Source: Patescibacteria group bacterium
Lineage (GTDB): Bacteria > Patescibacteriota > Minisyncoccia > Phycocordibacterales > PALSA-1337
Assembly: GCA_038065415.1 (NCBI GenBank)
Contig: JBBTRA010000001.1
Location: forward strand, 7,894-71,893
DNA length: 64,000 nucleotides
Direction: 5' to 3'
In this document: one piece after another, positions 1 to 9,928 of the stretch
Numbering within the stretch: position 1 is the first letter of the stretch
Layout: the number at the start of each line of letters is the position of its first letter
Made by a program: the position numbers and the translations under genes
The notes under the pieces: model-generated
The model's input: only the letters and a program-made list of their open reading frames with translations
What the model was told of the DNA's origin: nothing
Databases searched by the model: none

Positions 1-2613
1 CACATCTTCTGGTGTTCCCTTCGCCACAATCTTACCGCCTCGTTCACCCCCTTCTGGACCGATGTCTATGACATAATCAGCATTCTTGATGAGATCGAGG
101 TTGTGCTCGATAACCACTACTGTATTCCCCTTGTTCACCAACTTTTGCAAAATATCGATCAGCTTCTTAACGTCCTCATAGTGAAGGCCGACCGTCGGTT
201 CATCGAGCAGGTAGATAGTCTTCTGGAGATGAGCACGATAGAGTTCCGAGGATATCTTGACGCGCTGAGCTTCTCCACCAGAAAGGGTCGTCGCTGATTG
301 ACCCAACTTCACATAACCCAGACCTACATCCATAAGCGTCATCAGACGATCTTCAACAGCAGGGATATCTTTGAAGAACTCTAGCGCCTCCTCGATAGTG
401 AGCTCGAGTACTTCATGAATATTCTTCTTGCGGAACTGTATCTCGAGAGTCTCTTTCGTAAATCTCTTGCCGTTACAGACATCACAGATCACATACACGG
501 TCGGCAAGAAGTGCATCTCCACTGCAATCTCGCCATTACCCTCACAGGCTTCGCATCGGCCACCGGCACGATTGAAGGAGAATCTTCCTGGTCCCCACCC
601 GCGCGCACGCGCCTCAGCCTCAGATGCGAATAGATCGCGGATGTGCGTCCACGCACCAGTATAGGTGACGGGATTGGATCGTGGTGTGCGACCGATCGGA
701 CTCTGGTCGATGAGGATGACACGACCCACATACTCGGAACCCTTGAACTCAGCACAATTGATAGGCTTGTCTGTGCGGTGGCGCATCTCTAGACGCGCAG
801 AGAGATTCTTGTGCAAGATCTCGTACATGAAAGATGACTTGCCTGAACCAGAAACACCCGTGATGGCGTTGAGACAGCCGAGCGGCACATCTACATTCAG
901 GTCTTTGATATTGAAAGCGTGTCCACCACGAATCATCATCTTGCCCTTAGGCTCGCGACGCTGGGCGGGCACAGGGATTTTCTCTTCGCCACGCAGATAC
1001 GAGAGTGTCAGTGATCCTGAGGTATTCTTCTTGGCTTTGAGCAGATCATCGAGATATCCAGAAACAACGACTTTGCCACCATGCACGCCAGCCCCAGGAC
1101 CGATATCTACGATATAGTCTGACGCATGCATAGTATCTTCATCGTGCTCGACGACGATGATGGTATTACCGAGGTCACGGAGCTTGAGAAGTGTACCGAT
1201 GAGACGGTCATTATCGCGCTGGTGGAGACCGATGGTCGGCTCATCGAGGACATAGAGCGCTCCTACAAGACCCGAACCGAGCTGAGAAGCGAGACGGATA
1301 CGCTGAGCTTCTCCGCCGGAGAGTGTATTTGCACGACGATCAAGCGTGAGGTACTCGATACCGACATTGACCATGAACGAGAGGCGCGATTCGATTTCCT
1401 TAAGTACGACTTTGGAGATCTCTTTTTCTGCAGGACTGAGTTTGATCGATTCAAAATATTCGATAGCATGTTCGATCGACAAACTCGTAGTGTCGACGAT
1501 ATTCTTGTCGCCAATCTTCACATACAAAGCTTCTTCGCGAAGACGCGCACCCTTACATACCTTACAAGTCTCTTCAGCAAAAAATCCTTCTGTACCAAGT
1601 CCGTTGCAGGCGGCACAGGCACCGTAGGGCGAATTGAAAGAGAACAGGCGCGGCTCGACTTCTGGATATGAGAATCCGTCATAGGGACACATGAATTTTA
1701 CGGACATGAGTGTCTCGTCGGAAACAGCAGACGGAAGATCTCCCTCCTTCACGACCTCCGAAGATCTCCCTCGAGAGGCTTCCGTCTGCTGTTTCCACGG
1801 ATATTCGATACGAATCAAACCATCAGCTTCAAGCACGGCACGCTCGATGGCTTCCGACAGACGCTCGCGGGCATTACCAAGCTGTTTCTGATCACGGAAC
1901 TCGCTGACGAATATTTCGTCAACAAGTACATCAATATCGTGCTTCTTATTCTTTTCGAGGACGATCTGATCGCGAAGCCTCTTGATGACACCATCTACAC
2001 GGACACGATCATATCCTTTGCCGAGGAGATCATAGAGCATCTGATAGTACTCACCTTTCCTACCAACGACGACTGGTGCATAGACGCGAATCTTGGCGTC
2101 AGTGATGTCGACACCGTAGACTTTCTTGGCTTCAATAGCACGCGTAGTGACAGTACTCATGATCGCATTGAGGATTTCTTCCTGAGAGATACGATGGATA
2201 ACTCGTCCACACGTCAAACAATGCGGTTTGCCCACACGAGCAAAAAGGATACGGAGATAGTCATATATTTCAGTGATAGTGGCCACCGTCGAGCGCGGAT
2301 TGTTGGAACGAGACTTCTGGTCAATAGAGATGGCCGGAGAGAGGCCAGTGATCTCGTCGACATCTGGTTTTTGCATCTTGTGCAAGAACTGGCGCGCATA
2401 TGCCGAAAGTGATTCGACATAGCGACGCTGACCTTCTGCAAAGATAGTATCAAATGCGAACGATGATTTGCCTGATCCTGACAGGCCAGTGACCGCAATC
2501 ATGGTATTGCGCGGCATCTCAACCGTGATGTTCTTGAGGTTATGCGTGCGCGCTCCCTTGACCACTATTTTGTCCTCCCCATGAATTTGTGGATGTTTGC
2601 GTGCTGATGACAT
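1..2613 (-). CDS. uvrA: Excinuclease ABC subunit A (UvrA). The C-terminal ~70 aa lie outside the window, so the ORF track omits it.
   Basis: Minus-strand translation from the ATG at 2613 is in one frame down to position 1. The N-terminus reads [38 protein letters not shown] Walker A ([11 protein letters not shown]) sits near 850-890 and an ABC signature ([15 protein letters not shown]) near 250-290. These are the two ABC modules typical of UvrA. Confidence 0.9.
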   Translation of the reverse strand, partial: MSSARKHPQIHGEDKIVVKGARTHNLKNITVEMPRNTMIAVTGLSGSGKSSFAFDTIFAEGQRRYVESLSAYARQFLHKMQKPDVDEITGLSPAISIDQKSRSNNPRSTVATITEIYDYLRILFARVGKPHCLTCGRVIHRISQEEILNAIMSTVTTRAIEAKKVYGVDITDAKIRVYAPVVVGRKGEYYQMLYDLLGKGYDRVRVDGVIKRLRDQIVLEKNKKHDIDVLVDEIFVSEFRDQKQLGNARERLSEAIERAVLEADGLIRIEYPWKQQTEASRGRSSEVVKEGDLPSAVSDETLMSVKFMCPYDGFSYPEVEPRLFSFNSPYGACAACNGLGTEGFFAEETCKVCKGARLREEALYVKIGDKNIVDTTSLSIEHAIEYFESIKLSPAEKEISKVVLKEIESRLSFMVNVGIEYLTLDRRANTLSGGEAQRIRLASQLGSGLVGALYVLDEPTIGLHQRDNDRLIGTLLKLRDLGNTIIVVEHDEDTMHASDYIVDIGPGAGVHGGKVVVSGYLDDLLKAKKNTSGSLTLSYLRGEEKIPVPAQRREPKGKMMIRGGHAFNIKDLNVDVPLGCLNAITGVSGSGKSSFMYEILHKNLSARLEMRHRTDKPINCAEFKGSEYVGRVILIDQSPIGRTPRSNPVTYTGAWTHIRDLFASEAEARARGWGPGRFSFNRAGGRCEACEGNGEIAVEMHFLPTVYVICDVCNGKRFTKETLEIQFRKKNIHEVLELTIEEALEFFKDIPAVEDRLMTLMDVGLGYVKLGQSATTLSGGEAQRVKISSELYRAHLQKTIYLLDEPTVGLHYEDVKKLIDILQKLVNKGNTVVVIEHNLDLIKNADYVIDIGPEGGERGGKIVAKGTPEDV

Positions 2614-2664
2614 TGTGGCGGGATAGTATCATATTTTTCCCTTATCCGCCAGTACAACGCCTCC

Positions 2665-3453
2665 CTATTTGCAGAGTGCTCGTATCTCGACGACGATCTG
2701 ATCCAGTGAAGTTGCGGCCTTGACCAGAAACTTCTGAGCACCGAGTGTCTGGGCACGATCGATATCGCTCTGCTTGTTGAGGTTGGAGAGTATCATGACA
2801 GGCACCTTGTTCGTAGCTGGAGCTGCTCTGACCTTCTGGAGGATATCGAACCCATTCATACCTGGCATGAGGAGATCGAGCACAACGGCATCAGGAACGA
2901 TGGTCTTGAGAGCCTCGAGGGCTTCATCGCCATTCTTTGCATGGAAGAGGTCAAAACCGGAAGCTATGAGCTTCTTTGCAAGGATGGTGCCGATGAGCTT
3001 ATCATCCTCAACCCAAAGAATCTTCTTCTTGTCACCCGGAGTGGCAGCGATGCCAAGATCATTGCTACCATAGCCAAATTCTGCATTCACTTTCTTAAGT
3101 ATTTCACTCGCATCCGCATGAAGATCGAGGATGAACTCTTTGACTGCCCCCTGAGGCACCAGCCGCATGTTGATAGGCACCCCTTGAGTCGAGAGGAGGA
3201 AGACAGGGATTTTGGCGAGAAGAGATTCTGCAGCTTTCTTCTCGATAATCTCGTAGCCGGTCATGGTGGGCAGGACTATGTCGACAAGGATGAGGTGTGG
3301 CATCGTGTCGTAGATAGCTTTGAGCCCCTCAGCTCCATCAGTGACCACATTGACGGTATAGCCTTCCTTCTTCAAGGCATCACTCACACGCGTTGCAAAC
3401 TCTCCATTTGCCTCGATGATGAGAATTTTTTCTTTCTTGGGGGTTGGGTTCAT
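2665..3453 (-). CDS. Response regulator with two tandem receiver (REC) domains and no output domain
   Basis: The first REC starts KILIIE...LILVDIVLPTMTGYEI. The second starts KKILWVEDD...VVLDLLMPGMNGFDIL. The likely start is MNPTPKKEK at 3453; the ORF-track start at 3489 is the alternative. Confidence 0.75.
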   Translation of the reverse strand: MNPTPKKEKILIIEANGEFATRVSDALKKEGYTVNVVTDGAEGLKAIYDTMPHLILVDIVLPTMTGYEIIEKKAAESLLAKIPVFLLSTQGVPINMRLVPQGAVKEFILDLHADASEILKKVNAEFGYGSNDLGIAATPGDKKKILWVEDDKLIGTILAKKLIASGFDLFHAKNGDEALEALKTIVPDAVVLDLLMPGMNGFDILQKVRAAPATNKVPVMILSNLNKQSDIDRAQTLGAQKFLVKAATSLDQIVVEIRALCK

Positions 3454-3709
3454 ATGGCCCCTATTGTAACACGAGGATACAGTGCGCAATATGATGCTTG
3501 TGAATAGGACTAACGATGCAGCCTATGTCGAAGCCCTCCGTCGGCTCGAAGCGTGAGTTGGGATTGTGAACGCAATACCTCGTGAGATTTATTCTTGCGG
3601 GGTTTTTTATATGGGACTATACATTGACAATCCATAACTAAACATGGTACTGTACACATAGTCAATTTTAGAACATTTAAAACAAAACCATCAACCAAAG
3701 GACCTCATC

Positions 3710-4405
3710 ATGTCCCTGTCTCTCTCCCTCCGCTCCCAACTCACCCAACGGACCAACTTGCGCCACTATTTGGGCTTGCGTCACAGTCTGAACCTGGAAC
3801 AAAGATGCGAACTGCGTCAAGAATTGGTCAAAAGCGACTCTGACCGGTACCGCGAATTCCTCGGTTTCATCAGCTCTATGCATGGCGTCAAAATGTTGCC
3901 GGCAGCAACCTGCCCCAAATGCTCGACGGGTTTGCAAATCGCGGAGATCGTGCTCGGCTTCAAAACCGATGTCAACGACTTCACGACGCAGTGCCCAAAA
4001 TGCAAGGTGCGCTTTGAGCCAACCAATCTGCTCAGTTTCCAAACTGGGCGCGAGGTAGGGTTCTACTGCAATCCGCAAACTCGAAACCAGTTGCCAGGAA
4101 AGGAGACCTTGGAGCCGGCAGATTTTGAGAAGCAATTCTCGGAAGTCTACTACTCCGCCCTCTTCTGGTTCGGCAGCCTCTTCAATGCGTTCAAGATGGT
4201 TGGAATCGAATACCGCCGCGAAAAGTTCGACCTCAAGACGAAAGCTCGGACATGTCTGGGCAAAGTCTCTGACCAGGACATTTCGAGAATCTTCGGGCTC
4301 CGCATCAAGGAAGTCGCCGAGATGCGGAAGACACTCAAAATTCCGGCGTACACCGGAAAGAAGAGTATCATCCCGGCAAACTGGTCTTTGAGCTTCTCAG
4401 CCTAA
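3710..4405 (+). CDS. Hypothetical protein with a CPKC...CPKC zinc ribbon and a possible C-terminal HTH
   Basis: 231-aa ORF. Two CPKC pairs are present (CPKCSTG..., CPKCKVRF). The C-terminus (DISRIFGLRIKEVAEMRK) looks like a helix-turn-helix. It is divergent from the response regulator. Confidence 0.45.
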   Translation: MSLSLSLRSQLTQRTNLRHYLGLRHSLNLEQRCELRQELVKSDSDRYREFLGFISSMHGVKMLPAATCPKCSTGLQIAEIVLGFKTDVNDFTTQCPKCKVRFEPTNLLSFQTGREVGFYCNPQTRNQLPGKETLEPADFEKQFSEVYYSALFWFGSLFNAFKMVGIEYRREKFDLKTKARTCLGKVSDQDISRIFGLRIKEVAEMRKTLKIPAYTGKKSIIPANWSLSFSA

Positions 4406-4426
4406 GACCTCAACCAATAAGGACAC

Positions 4427-4756
4427 ATGAAAATCAAGAAAGGCACGGAGTCCCCCTCGAAGATGGAAAACACCACCCTCCAGGAAGGAGACCGTTGCGT
4501 GTGGTACAAACTCCACGGCACGCTCTGCTTCCTCCGGGGAGTACAAACCCTTCGGGATAACTTTGGTGATGACAAGTTCCTCATCAAACCGGCCAACATC
4601 ATCCAGTTCTATGCGATCATGCAAGTGGTTGCGTCAGCCGCTGGACTGGTCGCGGAAATGGGAGTGGAGGATGAGAAGATCTTCTCCTACAACTTCGTCA
4701 AACCGAAGCCTGAAGAGGATCAGGAAAAGCATGCCGTCGTGCAAGCGACTGCCTGA
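4427..4756 (+). CDS. Hypothetical protein
   Basis: 109-aa ORF, 21 bp downstream of the previous gene. No family recognised. Confidence 0.4.
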   Translation: MKIKKGTESPSKMENTTLQEGDRCVWYKLHGTLCFLRGVQTLRDNFGDDKFLIKPANIIQFYAIMQVVASAAGLVAEMGVEDEKIFSYNFVKPKPEEDQEKHAVVQATA

Positions 4757-4867
4757 CGAAGGTACTTCTACTCTATCGCGCCACTGAAAAGTGTGTGCGA
4801 TTTTTATATTCCTACACAGGCAGGAATACCCATATTTATAGCCCTCCACCACGACCTACGAAGGTAC

Positions 4868-4895
4868 TTGACAAATCCTGTAGGTTTGCTATAAT
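4868..4895 (+). promoter_or_regulatory. Near-consensus sigma70-type promoter: TTGACA, 16-bp spacer, TATAAT
   Basis: TTGACA at 4868-4873 and TATAAT at 4890-4895. No ORF of 60 aa or more lies downstream on the plus strand before uvrB. Confidence 0.6.
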
Positions 4896-4902
4896 ATGTA
4901 GC

Positions 4903-5165
4903 AAGATAGATTGAGTTGTGGGTATTACACAGTATCTATCCGAAGTTCTTTGGAATCTGGGCGCGTAGAAGCATGAGCTCTGCTCCGCAATACCTGTTTA
5001 AAATCCCTAGGACCCGAAAAACCCTCCGAGGCAGGTTGCTTGTATAGAGATCTGCTTAGCGTCCCCGGACTGATCATCCAGGGCTTTTCATCCTAAGTTC
5101 CGAAAGACATGATCACCTTTCGACCATCGCGCACTCCTCCAGTAGGTAGTGCGCGATTTAACTTA
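4903..5165 (+). ncRNA. Candidate small RNA of about 260 nt, class unknown, running from the consensus promoter to an intrinsic terminator
   Basis: ORF-free plus-strand interval. It ends in a 10-bp perfect hairpin (ATCGCGCACT, 12-nt loop, AGTGCGCGAT; 5126-5157) followed by a T-rich tract. The hairpin sits just outside the uvrB stop at 5167. Confidence 0.4.
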
Positions 5166-5166
5166 T

Positions 5167-7251
5167 CTATACTTTATTTTTCTTCATTATCTTCCCCTCC
5201 CCCTTCTTCTCCGCTTTTTTCTCCTTTGCAAACTTAGCTTCCAACGCAATCAGTTCATCTCTCACCAATGCCGCCGTCTCGAAATCGAGCGCCTTAACCG
5301 CCTCTTCCATCTGCTCCTGCTTCATCTTCATGAGCTGCTTCGGGTTGGTACGTGCGAGCTCCTCGTCGATCTTCACCATCTCATTCACCGCCTTCTCATG
5401 ATCCGTACGCAGATGGTCGGTGATGTCGTGGATAGCCTTGATGATGGTCTGAGGTGTGATACCGTGCTTCTCATTATATGCAACCTGGATGGCACGACGA
5501 CGATCAGTCTCTTTGATAGCACGATCCATAGATCCAGTGAGATTGTCGGCATAGAGAATGACTCGACCCGCAGCATTACGCGCAGCACGACCGATAGTCT
5601 GGATGAGTGCCGTCTCGGAACGCAGGAACCCTTCTTTGTCTGCATCGAGAATACCGATGAGCGACACCTCCGGCAGATCGAGACCTTCGCGGAGCAGGTT
5701 GACTCCTACCACAATGTCGTACTTCCCTCTACGGAAATCAGTGAGGATATTGATACGATCGATAGTCTTAATGTCACTGTGCAGATATGCAGCCTTGATG
5801 TCCTTCTCTTTGAGGAACTCAGACAGATCCTCAGCCATCTTCTTGGTGAGTGTAGTAGCGATCACACGGAATCCTGCCTTGATGGTTTTCTCCGCTTCTT
5901 CAATGAAGTCGAACACCTGACCCTTGTAGCCAGCACTCTCACGAATCGGTTTGATATCGACGACCGGGTCGATGAGACCCGTTGGACGAATGACCTGTTC
6001 GACGACTTGCTGACTCGTTTCCGCTTCATACTTACCCGGAGTTGCAGAGGTATAGATCATCGGACCGACTCTCTCCAAGAATTCAGCAAACTTGAGTGGA
6101 CGATTGTCTTTTGCTGATGGAAGCCTGAAACCATGCTCGACGAGCGTGTCCTTGCGAGAAGCATCACCTGCATACATACCGTTGAGCTGAGGTATCGTCA
6201 CATGCGACTCATCGACAATAGTCAGGAAATCCGGTTTACCATCCTTAGTCTTAGGAAAATACGCGAGCAAGGTATCTGGCGGCTGACCGGGCATCATTCC
6301 CGAGAAGTGACGCGAATAGTTCTCGATACCATTGGTATACCCAATCTCTTTGATCATCGAAAGATCATACTTCACACGTCTCTTGAGGCGTTCTGCTTCG
6401 AGAACCTTCCCTGCTTTTTCGAGCGCTTTGAGCCTATCTGCGAGTTCCGCCTGGATAGTCTTGTATGCACGCTCACTCTGCTCGTCGTTGGAAATGAAGT
6501 GCTTTGCCGGGAAAACGAAGATGGAATCATGTGTGCCACGGACTGAGCGGGATACAGGATCGAGTTCGATGATCGCAGAAATATAGCTGCCTTCATAATC
6601 GAGGCGATACACCGTCTTATCATTCACCGGCATTATCTCAATAGTATTTCCGATCGCCCTGAATTGGCCCGACTTGAGATCAGCAGTAGTACGCTCGAAG
6701 TGCACATCGATGAGGCGGCGGATGAGCTCAGCACGAGAAAGTTCCATACCGACCGCAAGCTTGATGTTCACTTTCTCGTATTCTTCGGGACTTCCCAAAC
6801 CATAGATACAAGAAACAGACGCAACAATGATGACATCTTTGCGCGTGAGGAGTGCTTGCGTAGATGCATGGCGAAGACGCTCGATCTCTTCGTTGATCAT
6901 CGCCTCCTTCTCGATATAGGTATCACTCGACGGGATATATGCCTCGGGCTGATAGTAATCATAGTAGGACACAAAGTAGTGCACTGCATTTTCTGGGAAA
7001 AATTCTCGATACTCCTGCGCGAGCTGAGCGGCGAGCGTCTTGTTGTGCGCGATGACGAGAGTAGGCTTGCCATAGCTTGCGATGACATTTGCCGCCGTGA
7101 ATGTTTTGCCGGATCCAGTGACTCCGAGGAGAGTCTGCCTATCATGACCCTTCTTGAGTCCCTCGATAAGTGCAGGAATTGCCGTCACCTGGTCTCCAGC
7201 AGGTGTGAGGGTGGTGGCTATTTTGAAAGGGGTTTTCGAGTCCTTTGACAT
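5167..7251 (-). CDS. uvrB: Excinuclease ABC subunit B (UvrB)
   Basis: 694-aa ORF. It carries helicase motifs (GVTGSGKTF, DESHVT) and a C-terminal UVR domain (RDELIALEAKFAKEKK). Confidence 0.95.
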   Translation of the reverse strand: MSKDSKTPFKIATTLTPAGDQVTAIPALIEGLKKGHDRQTLLGVTGSGKTFTAANVIASYGKPTLVIAHNKTLAAQLAQEYREFFPENAVHYFVSYYDYYQPEAYIPSSDTYIEKEAMINEEIERLRHASTQALLTRKDVIIVASVSCIYGLGSPEEYEKVNIKLAVGMELSRAELIRRLIDVHFERTTADLKSGQFRAIGNTIEIMPVNDKTVYRLDYEGSYISAIIELDPVSRSVRGTHDSIFVFPAKHFISNDEQSERAYKTIQAELADRLKALEKAGKVLEAERLKRRVKYDLSMIKEIGYTNGIENYSRHFSGMMPGQPPDTLLAYFPKTKDGKPDFLTIVDESHVTIPQLNGMYAGDASRKDTLVEHGFRLPSAKDNRPLKFAEFLERVGPMIYTSATPGKYEAETSQQVVEQVIRPTGLIDPVVDIKPIRESAGYKGQVFDFIEEAEKTIKAGFRVIATTLTKKMAEDLSEFLKEKDIKAAYLHSDIKTIDRINILTDFRRGKYDIVVGVNLLREGLDLPEVSLIGILDADKEGFLRSETALIQTIGRAARNAAGRVILYADNLTGSMDRAIKETDRRRAIQVAYNEKHGITPQTIIKAIHDITDHLRTDHEKAVNEMVKIDEELARTNPKQLMKMKQEQMEEAVKALDFETAALVRDELIALEAKFAKEKKAEKKGEGKIMKKNKV

Positions 7252-7626
7252 GGGAGTACTATACGATAAAAGGACAGTTTTGACTATTGTGCTCGACTTG
7301 AAGCTCTTTTATTTCTTGCAAAACTTTTGACAGGTTTAATATATCATGCTAGAATCATTTTTAGATTCGCAGCGCGCACCCACTACGAGAGGTTCGCCAT
7401 GACCTCCTCGATTGGATCGGCGCGACGCGATCAACCGGAACAAGGTAGATCTGTGCCACAAAAATTGGTGGGAGACACTGAAGCGGACGACGCGAAAGCC
7501 GCAGAGTCGAATACGTACACGCGACCCTTGCAAGTCGCACACCACCCCATCCACCTTGGTTCCGTCGTAACACACACGCCCCTTGCGCAAGCAGGGGGCG
7601 TTTCTACATATTCAGCATCAACAAAT

Positions 7627-7658
7627 AAAAACCGCATACCTTCTTCAGGAATGCGGTT
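7627..7658 (-). terminator. Rho-independent terminator for the upstream minus-strand gene pair
   Basis: On the minus strand: AACCGCAT...ATGCGGTT hairpin followed by TTTTATTTGTT. Confidence 0.6.
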
Positions 7659-7690
7659 GCGTAGGAACTACAGCGTGCACGATTGTTTTT

Positions 7691-8101
7691 CTACAGGCTG
7701 TCGCCTCGCAGTACCGGGACCCATACGGACCCGTTGAAACGGAATTGGTGGCGATAAGGCGTACTCGCGACCTTGAACCAGCCGAAGTCTCCAGCTTTGG
7801 GATGGAGTACTGGCTTGTACCCTTTACGAGTGGTAAACGCGACACTGGCGTCGAGGAGCGTGGCGATGATCAACGCCCGCTGAGGACGCGTGATCCACTC
7901 ATGCTCATCGAGCGGCGAACGGAATACCAGTTCGGACTTCCCCGTAACATCCCATCTCCACGAAAAATTATCTCGCGGATGTGGAGGTTCGGAGCTCTGA
8001 TCCTTCCTCCTGGTATAGAGGAACTCATGGGAGTCAGGGGCAATGTAACGGGATCGTATCTGGTGACCCCCGAGCAATCTCAGACTGACAGGCATACTCA
8101 T
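7691..8101 (-). CDS. Hypothetical protein
   Basis: 136-aa ORF immediately followed by the terminator above. No family recognised. Confidence 0.4.
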   Translation of the reverse strand: MSMPVSLRLLGGHQIRSRYIAPDSHEFLYTRRKDQSSEPPHPRDNFSWRWDVTGKSELVFRSPLDEHEWITRPQRALIIATLLDASVAFTTRKGYKPVLHPKAGDFGWFKVASTPYRHQFRFNGSVWVPVLRGDSL

Positions 8102-8162
8102 ATCTTTCGTTGTGTGTTTTTCCGTATCTCTCCCGACGACGCCACACCCGTGGCGCCGCCAT

Positions 8163-8540
8163 TCAAGGTTCTTGTTCCCCCAGATGGTTCGGCGAGCTTG
8201 CCGTCCGTTCCGAAGAGAAATCTACCGGGATGGCTGTGGGTGCAACAAGTGCATACACTGACACAGCATCCCAATCAAGACAGTTCGTCGAGCGATACCA
8301 GAGACCGTCATCGAGAGACCACATGTACGGGACCTTGAATTCCCCGATGATGAACCATCTGACTTCCTCGTCGCGCGGCTTCTTTTCCTGAATGAACCGA
8401 CGACGGCCCGGTGTATACCGGAATTTTGGGTCGCACACTGTGGCGAGTTTCCATACGAGAGCATTAGGCTCCAGAACCTCGGGAACGTACGCGAGGATCA
8501 TGGATGCCGTAATGATCTTCCTTCTCTTCTGAATCTTCAT
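8163..8540 (-). CDS. Hypothetical protein, possibly co-transcribed with 7691..8101
   Basis: 125-aa ORF, 60 nt upstream of the next ORF on the same strand. No family recognised. Confidence 0.4.
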   Translation of the reverse strand: MKIQKRRKIITASMILAYVPEVLEPNALVWKLATVCDPKFRYTPGRRRFIQEKKPRDEEVRWFIIGEFKVPYMWSLDDGLWYRSTNCLDWDAVSVYALVAPTAIPVDFSSERTASSPNHLGEQEP

Positions 8541-8702
8541 AGGGTTTCCTTTCTCGTTGTGTTGTTCACCGAAATCGTAACGACAGGAGGGGTGGGCAAT
8601 CTACCTCGCGGGGTAAAATTCTTGACCACCGTACCCTCCTGTCGCAAAATCATGCAAGCTGTCAAAGATCTATCGTTTCCTTCATTCTCGACCAGTGGCC
8701 AA

Positions 8703-8740
8703 GACAAGAAAACAGGCTCCTCACTTTCGTTTGGAGCCTG
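8703..8740 (-). terminator. Candidate intrinsic terminator downstream of the transketolase C-terminal subunit gene
   Basis: Minus strand: CAGGCTCC...GGAGCCTG hairpin followed by TTTTCTTGTCTT. Confidence 0.45.
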
Positions 8741-8927
8741 TTCCTGTAATTAATTAGTGTGAGAAATTCATTACAAAGACTGACTCCAAACATGCTGCCA
8801 GACGGCGAGCATGCGGGAAGTAATATTGGTCTTCGTAAAATGATAACTCATGGATGTTCGATAATCATAGCACCACTATTTTGGAATGCAAGTGGGTTAT
8901 TCACAGGCCAATCTAGAGGTTCAATCG

Positions 8928-9920
8928 CTACTTCTTCCTCAACACAACCCTCTGCACCGCCGCGTATATATCTTTCTCCCCCATACCATAGTGTTCGAGG
9001 AGCTCGTCTGGTTTGCCGGACTGGCCAAACTCATTCTTGACCCCGATGAACTCTATCGGTACTGGGAAATGCGCCGCGAGGCATTCAGCCACTGCACCAC
9101 CGAGTCCACCAATAATTTGATGCTCTTCGATGGTAACGATTGCACGCGACTCATGCGCGAGCTTTATGATAGCTTCTTCATCGAGCGGCTTGATCGTATG
9201 TATATTGAGAACGGTCACCTTCTTACCTTCTTCAGACAGCTTGTGTGCAACCTTGAGAGCTTTGAAGAGGAGTGCACCCGTAGCGATAATACCGACATCT
9301 GGCTTTTCTGACTTGAAGACAATCTGTGCCTTCCCTATCTCAAAAGGTGTTTCCTCAGTCGTCATCACCGGAGTCTTCTCGCGCGCAAGGCGAATGTATG
9401 TCGGGTCATCTGTCTTCGCTGCTGCAAGCGTAGCCTTTTTGGCTTGAATAGCGTCGCATGGCGAAATAACGACCATGCGTGGTATTACTCTCATGAGTGC
9501 AATATCTTCAATAGCCTGGTGCGTACCGCCGTCAGGACCAACTGAGATACCCGCGTGTGAACCAGCAATCTTAACCGGCCTGTCGTTGTACGCAATGGTT
9601 GTCCTGATCTGTTCCCAATTCCTACCAGGACTAAACATGGCATATGAGGTGATGAATGGTATCTTGCCCATAGCTGCCATACCGGATGCGACGGTTGCCA
9701 GATTTTGTTCCGCAACGCCGATCTCGATGAATCGTTCAGGAAATTTCTGCTTGAATGCGAGCATATGAGTAGATTCGGTAAGGTCAGCGCACAACCCAAC
9801 CACCCTCTTATCGGTTTCGGCAGCCTGAAGGAGCCCTTCGCCAAAGCCTTTACGAATAGGAACTTGCTCGACGGCTGGGTCGAGGAGTTTGGGGTTGAGT
9901 TTGAGGTGAGGGTTAAGCAT
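8928..9920 (-). CDS. tkt: Transketolase, C-terminal subunit (pyrimidine-binding plus C-terminal domains)
   Basis: The likely start is MLNPHLKLNPKLLDP. The protein has a transketolase-like C-terminal half (VAEQNLATVASGMAAMGKIPFITSYAMF...). It follows the N-terminal subunit gene, separated by only a few nt. Confidence 0.85.
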   Translation of the reverse strand: MLNPHLKLNPKLLDPAVEQVPIRKGFGEGLLQAAETDKRVVGLCADLTESTHMLAFKQKFPERFIEIGVAEQNLATVASGMAAMGKIPFITSYAMFSPGRNWEQIRTTIAYNDRPVKIAGSHAGISVGPDGGTHQAIEDIALMRVIPRMVVISPCDAIQAKKATLAAAKTDDPTYIRLAREKTPVMTTEETPFEIGKAQIVFKSEKPDVGIIATGALLFKALKVAHKLSEEGKKVTVLNIHTIKPLDEEAIIKLAHESRAIVTIEEHQIIGGLGGAVAECLAAHFPVPIEFIGVKNEFGQSGKPDELLEHYGMGEKDIYAAVQRVVLRKK

Positions 9921-9928
9921 GTATATTC

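Noticed and set aside
103-2498. Many plus-strand ORFs of 60-180 aa overlapping 1-2613 (for example 1126..1671 and 1939..2412)
   Set aside because: They are antisense to an intact, in-frame UvrA reading frame on the minus strand. The Walker A and ABC signature motifs were verified on the minus strand. The sequences are low-complexity and not protein-like.
5149-6117. 322-aa plus-strand ORF
   Set aside because: It lies entirely antisense within uvrB. It is Leu/Arg-rich and low-complexity, with no start context.
7327-7737. 136-aa plus-strand ORF in the uvrB upstream spacer
   Set aside because: The composition is not protein-like (Arg/Ser/Thr-rich). It reads through a minus-strand terminator hairpin. 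It is probably an artefact of local high GC.
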